The position numbers and the translations under genes were made by a program. A DNA stretch of 32,000 nt from Methanothermobacter thermautotrophicus str. Delta H (GTDB taxonomy: Archaea > Methanobacteriota > Methanobacteria > Methanobacteriales > Methanothermobacteraceae), in contig NC_000916.1 of the NCBI RefSeq assembly GCF_000008645.1, forward strand, positions 330,001 to 362,000, written 5' to 3'. Shown here one piece after another: positions 8,687-15,891 of the stretch; the first letter of the stretch is position 1, and the number at the start of each line of letters is the position of its first letter. The notes under the pieces are model-generated. The model worked only from the letters and a program-made list of their open reading frames with translations, searched no databases and was not told the origin of the DNA.

Positions 8687-10013
8687 GTGAAGCCCCTGAG
8701 GGAAGTTGACGTTGACTATGATATTGACAGTGAGAAGTGCAGGGAATGCCCTGATAAGCCGTGCCTCAGCTCATGCCCGGTGGACGCGATACACCTGGAC
8801 CCTGACACCGGCGAGGTTGAGATAGACAGACAAATGCTTTGGGTGCGTCCTCTGCAGGGAGGCCTGCCCCTACGATGCCATAAAGATGAGGACAACCATG
8901 GCAGAGCCTGTCAGGGAGAACGTGCCCGTGATAAACCCCAGGATCTGCAGGGGCTGCGGTGCCTGTGTCTCAGCCTGCAGGACAGGGGCCATACACTTGG
9001 TGTCATCGGGTGAAACAGGGGTCCACAGTGAGATAGACGAGGATAAATGTGTCCGTTGCAGTTACTGTGCAAGGGCATGCCCCACAGAGGCCATAAAGTA
9101 CGGTGAGATCCTCCCCAGGTCAGTGGTGGGGGGTAAGGCCGTGGTGATTAACCAGAGGGACTGCATAGGATGCATGACCTGCACCAGGGTCTGCCCCTCA
9201 AGGGGGGCCATAAAGGTTGGTAAGATCAACAGGTTACCCTACATAGACCCCTCCTACTGTGCAAGGTGCGAGGAATGCATGGACGTATGCCCCTCAGCAG
9301 CCATCAGGTACTCCTCAAGGAAGAGGGCCTACGAGAACTTCTCAAAACTCAACAACCTGGAGATAGCAGGGGAGATACTTGAAAGGGAATCAGAGAAACT
9401 CGTGAAAAACCTTGGAAGGATGGACTCTGTTCTGAGGGACGTGAAGAGAAGGTTCTCGGCTGAAAGCCCGGAATACAGTGTGGATGTCACCGATGAAATA
9501 AGGGATGGCATAGAGGAACTGGTCGACTCCAACCTCCAGATACATGAACTCAACCACATAATAGACTTCACCAAACCCGCGAGGAGAATAAGGGTACTCG
9601 AGGACAGGTGTATAGGGTGCGGGCTCTGTGTGGATGAGTGCCCGGTGGGTGTCATAGAACCGGAGGTCCCGGCCCCCGTGAAGATACTTGATGGGTGTGT
9701 TTTCTGCGGAAGATGCAGGGGCGTATGCCCGGTCGATGCCATCGAGATCACAGAGGAGGGATTCAGGGCCAGGGATGGCAGGATATACCTTGAGAGGAGG
9801 GTCCTGACAGGTCCGAGGAGGGGTTCGGTTGAGGTAGACCACATGGTCTGCCAGAGGTGCGGTGTATGCGTTAACCACTGTCCCGTTGATGCCATGACCC
9901 TCAATACTGAGGTTGAGGTCGACGCTGATAGATGCATACTCTGCGGTGAATGCCAGGACATATGCCCTGTAACAGCTGTAAGGCTGAACCTGGAGGATGA
10001 TAAGGTTGAATAG
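8687..10013 (+). CDS. ehaQ: 10x[4Fe-4S] polyferredoxin EhaQ, interrupted by a frame break near 8826-8829 (ORFs 8687..9013 and 8886..10013)
   Basis: The upstream frame carries [14 protein letters not shown] and loses ferredoxin character after ...GEVEID. The other frame is open from 8826 and reads [21 protein letters not shown], running into ORF 8886..10013 with 8 more motifs. That gives 10 motifs only if the two frames are joined. The GTG 8687 start has no obvious Shine-Dalgarno site. Confidence 0.85.
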
Positions 10014-11021
10014 GGTTTTCGTAACAGACTGCGAGGGTCCCATCTCACTCAACGATAACGCCTTCGAAGCTGCAGCCCACTTCATACCCGACGGTGACAG
10101 GTTCTTCAGGAAGGTGAGCGAATTTGATGACATACTGGCCGACGAGATCCGGAGGCCGGGCTACAATGCAGGGGACACCCTCAAACTGATAGTCCCGTTC
10201 CTCATAGCCCACGGAGTCACCGATGAGAAGCTGAGGGAGTTCTCAGAGAGGACCCTGAGACTCGTTCCGGGGGCTGATGAAACCCTGAAACTTGCAGGGA
10301 GGCTCATGCCATCCTACATCGTAAGCACAAGCTACAGACACTACATCGAGGCCCTCTGCAAGCACCTTAACTTTCCCCTGGAGAACACCAGGCACACCAC
10401 CCTCAGCCTTGACGTGGAGATCCCAAATGAGGAGAGGGAGGCGCTGGTGAGGCTACGCGAGGATGTCATCGAGGGTGACTTTGAGGACCTGGATGAGATA
10501 TTCTTCCACCTCATACCGGGTATGGAGGCCGGGAAGATACTCGACGGGGTGAAGACCGTTGGCGGTGACGGTAAGAGGGTTGCCCTCCTGGAGATCCTCT
10601 CTGAACTCGAACTTCCCCCTGAATCCGCCATGTACGTGGGTGACAGCATAACCGATGTTGAACCACTCAGGGAACTCAATGGGAGGGGCCTTGCGGTGTC
10701 CTTCAACGGTAACCACTATGCCCTCAGGGAGGCGGAGGTGGCGGTCATCTCCACCGACTCAAGGGCCCTCACCCCCCTGATAGACCTTCACTCAAGGTTC
10801 GGGAGGGACTACATCCTGGAATTCATCAGGGCCTACTCTGAAAACCTGAAAGGGCCCTTGAATCCTTCAGGATAGACTTCAGAGTGGTGGATGAGTTCAG
10901 GAGAGTGTTCAGAGGTGACTACCCGATCATAACGGTTATTGAGGAGGCAGAGGACCTCCTGGACGCAAGCATGGAGGTCAGAAAGAACATCCGGGGAGAG
11001 GACGTCGGATCCCTCGGCTGA
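9997..11021 (+). CDS. ehaR: Eha hydrophilic subunit EhaR (HAD-fold-like), with an apparent frame break near 10841-10850. The uninterrupted ORF is 9997..10875.
   Basis: HAD-like motifs: FVTDCEGP (a DxE variant of motif I), [13 protein letters not shown]. After the stop at 10873 a protein-like frame continues to 11021 ([59 protein letters not shown]), filling the otherwise empty 187-bp gap before ehaS. Confidence 0.72.
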
Positions 11022-11062
11022 ATCCCTGGATGTGCTTACATTCAGCATGGTTGTGATGCTCA

Positions 11063-11956
11063 ATGGAGATTAACGGAACACTGATTGAGGATACATTCTC
11101 TGAGGCCTTCACAGGGAGATGTGTGAGGGCCACCATAACGGCCCGTGACATGGAGACCGTCAGGAGGGCGGCCCTTGATGCAACCGCAACCCCCGGTGCA
11201 GTCATAGGGAGGGTTGAGGGTGGTGTTGAATCCTTCCTGGGAGGCGAGGACACCCCCGACGGCAGACCCGGGGCCGTGGTCCAGTTCTACTATGCCCTGG
11301 ATGACATGGAGAAATTCCAGGTCGAATTATCCTACCGTATAAGGCAGGACATACTGGTGAAGCCCTTCACAGCCCTCTACAGCTCCACCCCCGACCCGGA
11401 TGGATACCTGGATATGATGAAGCATGTGGGACACTGCGGTGATGGCTATGAGTGGTTAGAGGAGTTCAATGGCCGTGAAATGATCAACGTACCGGTAGCC
11501 GTCCCTGACTTCAAAATAGAATCAAGGATGGGCTACAGGGAGGCCATCATGGGGGCCAACTTCTGGTACATGTGCAGGGATCCTGACACGGTACTGGAGG
11601 CAGGCAGGGCCGCCATAAGAGCCATAGAGGAGGTTGAGGGTGTTGTGACGCCCTTTGATATCTGCTCCGCAGCATCAAAGCCAGAGACAAATTACCCCTG
11701 GATAGGCCCCACCACGAACCACCCCTACTGCCCGAGCCTGAAGGAGGTGCTCGGTGACGAGTCAAGGGTCCCGGAGGGCGTCGGGTACATACCTGAGATA
11801 GTCATAAACGGCCTGACAATGGAGGCCCTTGAGGAGGCCATGAGGGCCGGGATAGAGGCTGTCTGCAGGTACGATGGGGTCCTGAGGGTATCTGCAGGTA
11901 ACTATGACGGTAAACTGGGGGACCACAGGATAGACCTACACGGTGTTCTGGGATGA
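11063..11956 (+). CDS. ehaS: Formylmethanofuran:tetrahydromethanopterin formyltransferase (Ftr) paralogue, EhaS
   Basis: 297 aa. The N-terminus [16 protein letters not shown]...ITA is the typical Ftr start, and the length is Ftr-like. Confidence 0.85.
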   Translation: MEINGTLIEDTFSEAFTGRCVRATITARDMETVRRAALDATATPGAVIGRVEGGVESFLGGEDTPDGRPGAVVQFYYALDDMEKFQVELSYRIRQDILVKPFTALYSSTPDPDGYLDMMKHVGHCGDGYEWLEEFNGREMINVPVAVPDFKIESRMGYREAIMGANFWYMCRDPDTVLEAGRAAIRAIEEVEGVVTPFDICSAASKPETNYPWIGPTTNHPYCPSLKEVLGDESRVPEGVGYIPEIVINGLTMEALEEAMRAGIEAVCRYDGVLRVSAGNYDGKLGDHRIDLHGVLG

Positions 11957-12849
11957 GGTTCGATGCGGTGGGCCTTGGAGCCCTCAACATGGACCAGCTC
12001 CACATGGTTGAGAGGATAGCAGGCCCGGATGAGGAGACCTTCGTGAGGGGGCTCGTGGAATCCTGTGGGGGCTCAGCAGCCAACACCATGATAGGCCTCT
12101 CAAGGCTCGGTCTCAGGACAGCCCACATAGGTAAGGTCGCCGATGACAGGGAGGGGGGACTCCTCAGGAGTAACCTCTCATCTGAGGGGGTCACGGATTT
12201 CACCGTCGTAGCGGATACAGGTAGAAGCGGCCGTGTGATGGGCTTCGTTGACCCTGACGGTAACAGGGCCCTCTACGTTGACCCTGGAGTCAACGACACA
12301 CTCAGGGTGGATGAGGTGGCTGATGAGGCCCTTAACACAGAACTGCTGCACCTCACATCCTTCGCAGGTGATGGCATAAATGTCCAGGTGGAAGTCATTG
12401 AGGCACTGGATGAATCCGTGACCGTCAGCCTGGATCCAGGACACATCTACGCCTCAAGGGGAGTATCTGAGCTGTCAGATATCCTCGAGCGCACCGACAT
12501 CCTCCTCACAAACCAGAGGGAACTTGAGCTGATGACAGGGTCCGCTGACCCTGAGGAGGCAGCATCACTCCTGGGAATCGGGGTGGTTGTGGTTAAGATG
12601 GGCGCCCGAGGCGTCAGGGCATGGGACGGTGAGTCTGTGATGGTGGATGCACTGAGCACCGAATGTGTTGATACGACGGGGGCCGGTGACGCCTTCAATG
12701 CTGGCTTCATATATGCCTGGCTCGAGGGCTTTGGCCTTGAGGTTTCATGCCGTTTTGGAAACTACATAGCATCACGGTGTATCGGAGGATACGGTGCCAC
12801 AGAATCCCTCCCCGGGACCGGCCCTGGATGTCCTCAGGAGGTACGCTGA
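11953..12849 (+). CDS. ehaT: PfkB-family (ribokinase-like) sugar kinase, EhaT
   Basis: 298 aa. C-terminal [13 protein letters not shown] is the PfkB signature and the N-terminus is Gly-rich. ATGA overlap with ehaS. Confidence 0.85.
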   Translation: MRFDAVGLGALNMDQLHMVERIAGPDEETFVRGLVESCGGSAANTMIGLSRLGLRTAHIGKVADDREGGLLRSNLSSEGVTDFTVVADTGRSGRVMGFVDPDGNRALYVDPGVNDTLRVDEVADEALNTELLHLTSFAGDGINVQVEVIEALDESVTVSLDPGHIYASRGVSELSDILERTDILLTNQRELELMTGSADPEEAASLLGIGVVVVKMGARGVRAWDGESVMVDALSTECVDTTGAGDAFNAGFIYAWLEGFGLEVSCRFGNYIASRCIGGYGATESLPGTGPGCPQEVR

Positions 12850-13003
12850 GGGTTGATCTTTAATGTGCTGGATCCGGGAATCTGGGTGTGCTGAGGCCTG
12901 ATGTTGATCCCGTGAACCGGAAAAAAATTTAAGTAAATACGTTTAAAAGGTAATAAAGGGTTGTGTTAACTCTTGAAGCTTGAAAGGATGCAGGGGTTGT
13001 ATC

Positions 13004-13765
13004 ATGGATATCATCTTTAAGAAGAAACTGGAGGACCTCCGGAGGGATGTTGCACTAAAGTCGATGGACCTTGAGGAGAGACCTGAGGACGTTGATGTGG
13101 AACTTGCAAGCTGCAGGGTTCTGGACAAATTCATAGACATAACACCGAAGTGTGTAAGGTGCAATCTCTGTTTTGAGGAGTGCCCTGTGGACGCCATATC
13201 AGAATCATCAGCATCAAAACCTGCAAGGATACTTGATAACTGTGTTAAATGTGAGATATGCGCCCAGACCTGCCCTGTGAGGTGCATAAACGTTGTTGAG
13301 AGCACCGCCACCATCGGTGACGAGGACGTCACCTACAACCTGGAATACGTCAGGATCCCCCACCGCCTGCTCCGGATGAAGAACATAGAGGTCACAGATA
13401 GATGCACTGCATGCGGGACCTGCACCAGGTTCTGCCCCACAGGTGCAATTCAGTTAGATAAGGAGATCGCGGTGGTCGATGAATCCATCTGCATTGGCTG
13501 CGGGGCCTGCGTCAACGTCTGCCCCTCAGATGCGGTGGAACTTGAGAGGGAACTGGGCCCTGTGATTGAGACCCGGCGGCTCCTGGTTGACCAGGATGCC
13601 TGCGTCGAGTGCCTTGTCTGTGAGGAGAACTGTCCCACCGGGGCCATAAGGATTGAGGATGGAGAGGTTGTGGTTGATAAGGATAAATGCATTCTATGTG
13701 AGGTTTGTTCCACAAGGTGTCCTGTGGCAGCACTGAAACTGGAGAGGTTGGCAGATGAAAGTTAA
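13004..13765 (+). CDS. 6x[4Fe-4S] polyferredoxin (not part of ehaA-T)
   Basis: Six CxxCxxCxxxCP motifs: CVRCNLCFEECP, CVKCEICAQTCP, CTACGTCTRFCP, CIGCGACVNVCP, CVECLVCEENCP, CILCEVCSTRCP. The frame is open from TTG 12980. ATG 13004 is preferred, with a TATA-like tttaaaa near 12942. Confidence 0.85.
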   Translation: MDIIFKKKLEDLRRDVALKSMDLEERPEDVDVELASCRVLDKFIDITPKCVRCNLCFEECPVDAISESSASKPARILDNCVKCEICAQTCPVRCINVVESTATIGDEDVTYNLEYVRIPHRLLRMKNIEVTDRCTACGTCTRFCPTGAIQLDKEIAVVDESICIGCGACVNVCPSDAVELERELGPVIETRRLLVDQDACVECLVCEENCPTGAIRIEDGEVVVDKDKCILCEVCSTRCPVAALKLERLADES

Positions 13766-14390
13766 GGAGATTATGGATAAGGAGTTTATAGCAGTCTCCC
13801 CTGAGGATCGGGTTGTTGATGTCTCATTGAAGATGGAGGAGACACGTAAGTTCACAACACCTGTTGTTGATGGGGATGGGAAGCTCGTTGGATGGGTTAC
13901 AAGCTTTGACGTGATGCGGGGACTCCGGGATGGACTTGAACGCGTCTCTGACATCATGCAGCCACCGGAGAGGATAGTTCATGTAAATGAAAACGACCCG
14001 GCCAGGCTCGCCGTCCTGGAAACAGCCCATCACAAACTGGTGAGCATCCCGGTCCTGGATGACAGTGGAAGGGTTGTGGGGGTTGTGAGGTCATTCGACA
14101 TCGTTGAGACCCTCTCCCAGCTCTATGAGATCAAGGTGTCCAAGATATTCGAGGCCATGAACGGGGAGCTCAAGGGTGTGAGCTGGGATGAACTCATGGA
14201 GGCAGCTGCCATAATAACGAGGAGGCGCACCGGTAAGAGGATAAAACCGAAGGAGTATGAGGAGAGGATCCGGAATTCAACCTTCGGTGAGGCCATATGG
14301 GCAACAGGTGGCCTTGAAAAATTCTTTGTGGGCCTGATAGCCATAGGTGAACTTGTCATTGCAAGGAAGATTGCAAGGGCAAGGAAATAA
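13755..14390 (+). CDS. CBS-domain pair protein with an ~85-aa C-terminal extension
   Basis: 211 aa with two CBS-like units (IMDKEFIAVSPED...VVDGDGKLVGWVTSFDV and ...HKLVSIPVLDDSGRVVGVVRSFDIV). 11-nt overlap with the polyferredoxin gene. Confidence 0.8.
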   Translation: MKVKEIMDKEFIAVSPEDRVVDVSLKMEETRKFTTPVVDGDGKLVGWVTSFDVMRGLRDGLERVSDIMQPPERIVHVNENDPARLAVLETAHHKLVSIPVLDDSGRVVGVVRSFDIVETLSQLYEIKVSKIFEAMNGELKGVSWDELMEAAAIITRRRTGKRIKPKEYEERIRNSTFGEAIWATGGLEKFFVGLIAIGELVIARKIARARK

Positions 14391-14754
14391 TCACCCACCC
14401 CTATAACTTTTTGGAGATCATGTTTCTCTTATGATACCCAGTGGCCATGTTCTGTCTGTCTGTTTAGGTGCCTCCACTATTCTTTTAGCCTGCCCTTGCG
14501 GAATAGTTCCTCTCTCTTTATTCTTGGTACCCATATTGATCCATGAACTCGAGTCTCTAATCGCGTCTTCAGGATCATCTTGTGGTGCTGAGTTCTATTT
14601 AATCCCGGATCTAATGGTTGAATGGATTTTGAAGCCTTCTTAACCACCATGACCCTGTAAGATTTATTACCCTCTTTCACCATAATACTCTTGAGGAACC
14701 ACTCTCCTGCAGGTATTAGAGTCTGATAATCAAAAAGTTTGTGTTTCAGGGGCA

Positions 14755-15174
14755 ATGGAGATTAAAGTGCTAGAGAAACTTGCGGAATTTTTTGAAGAGA
14801 AGGATGAAGTGGATTTAGCCTATCTTTTCGGCTCCACTTCCAGAGGGGATAAGGGGAAACTGGGTGATTTTGACATTGGAGTTCTACTACGGGAGCCCCT
14901 GGAAGAACAGGGGATGTTACAGTTTCAACTGAAATTGCTTGATGATCTTGTATCCCTGCTTAAAGCAGATAAGGTTGATTTGATTATCATGAATGATGCG
15001 CCACTCTCCTTAAATTATAATATCATAAAAGACGGCATACTCCTGAAAGATGATGAGGAAAAAAGGATAAAGTTTGAGAAAAATATCATGTCAGAGTATC
15101 TGGATAGGAGGTATTATATGGACAGGCATGCGAGAATAGCCATCAAAGGGATAGCCCAGCAGGGATTAATATGA
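14755..15174 (+). CDS. Minimal nucleotidyltransferase (MNT, MntA-type antitoxin)
   Basis: 139 aa. LFGSTSRGDKGKLGDFDIGVLL is the GSxxRG...DxD nucleotidyltransferase motif. ATGA overlap with the downstream HEPN ORF. Lies in the AT-richer islet. Confidence 0.85.
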   Translation: MEIKVLEKLAEFFEEKDEVDLAYLFGSTSRGDKGKLGDFDIGVLLREPLEEQGMLQFQLKLLDDLVSLLKADKVDLIIMNDAPLSLNYNIIKDGILLKDDEEKRIKFEKNIMSEYLDRRYYMDRHARIAIKGIAQQGLI

Positions 15175-15588
15175 AAAATGAGATCTCATCAAAATTAGAG
15201 AGATTAGGGGAATACCTGAAAATATTGAGGGGTTATCAATCCCATACCCTGGAAGATTTGAAAAATGACGTCACTTTAAGGGGAGCTGTTGAAAGATACC
15301 TGGAGGTTTCCATAGAATCCTGCCTTGATATTGGAGAAATGATCATATCACAGGAAAGGGCCAGAAAAACCAGAAACCTACAGAGAGGTAATAGAGATAC
15401 TCGGGGAAATAGGAGTTTTACCAGAGGATTTTGTGGATAAATTCGCCCCAGCTGCAGGTTTCAGGAACCTACTGCTTCATATGTACGCAGAAATAGATAT
15501 TGAAAAGGTCTATGGATACCTGCAAAACAACCTGGATGATATAAACAATTTTGCAAGGTTCATCGCAGAATACCTTAAAAAATCATGA
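15171..15588 (+). pseudogene. HEPN/DUF86 (HepT-type toxin) gene, frameshifted in an A5 run at 15365-15369
   Basis: ORF 15171..15440 matches the DUF86 N-terminal half (RGAVERYLEVSIESCLDIGEMIIS). The +1 frame from 15370 reads PETYREVIEILGEIGVLPEDFVDKFAPAAGFRNLLLHMYAEIDIEKVY...KKS-stop at 15586-15588 and contains the Rx4H motif (RNLLLH). Removing one A restores a 138-aa protein. Confidence 0.8.
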
Positions 15589-15838
15589 AACAGGGGCCAT
15601 GGCTGCTTTCCTTTTCTCACAGTATTCCCCTGTAATGATGATTCAATATCATGATGGGGCCTAGCCATCTGATGCCATACCTTTTTATTATCTCCTTCTC
15701 ACTCTACCTTCTGCCAGAAACCGGCACCCTTTATAACCTGGAGGTCCATGATTCACCAGTTTTCCTGCTCACTGAAAAAACTGGTCTGTGGGTTCAGAGT
15801 CTCACCTGGGTCATATCTCAGCACAATATTAAGAAACA

Positions 15839-15846
15839 TTTATATG
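15839..15846 (+). promoter_or_regulatory. TATA-like box (tttatatg) for the P-type ATPase gene
   Basis: Close to the archaeal TATA consensus and preceded by a purine-rich aagaaaca. Lies about 50 nt upstream of ATG 15892. Confidence 0.4.
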
Positions 15847-15849
15847 ATA

Positions 15850-15873
15850 TGAACACACATGAATGTGTATTCA
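15850..15873. promoter_or_regulatory. 11-2-11 imperfect inverted repeat (tgaacacacat ga atgtgtattca), candidate operator
   Basis: 10 of 11 arm positions are complementary. It sits between the TATA-like box and the aggtga SD (15881-15886), where a repressor would block the transcription start site. Confidence 0.4.
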
Positions 15874-15891
15874 TATGTTCAGGTGAATCCT

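Noticed and set aside
8658-8690. ATG 8658 directly after a gaggag site, as an alternative ehaQ start
   Set aside because: It is out of frame with the ferredoxin reading frame and terminates after 10 codons (TGA 8688-8690). The SD-to-ATG spacing is essentially zero. I kept GTG 8687 as a provisional start.
9329-10133. Two long minus-strand ORFs (239 and 247 aa) overlapping ehaQ and ehaR
   Set aside because: These are antisense shadow frames of strongly supported plus-strand genes, whose Fe-S motifs are on the plus strand. Their products are Ser/Thr/Leu/Pro-rich low-complexity sequence with no motif, and they overlap each other.
14431-14755. Overlapping orphan ORFs 14431..14643 (+, 70 aa) and 14477..14755 (-, 92 aa, TTG start) in the AT-rich islet
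   Set aside because: They are mutually exclusive, and I recognise no motif. The minus ORF has no ATG until codon 25 and abuts the MNT start with zero spacing. This may be a decayed gene remnant, but I cannot support a call.
14392-15737. Possible short direct repeats flanking the TA islet (cacccctataac...ggag at ~14395 and caccctttataacctggag at ~15724)
   Set aside because: The match is only about 12 nt, imperfect and gapped. The right copy lies well inside the islet and not at its edge, so it is compatible with chance.
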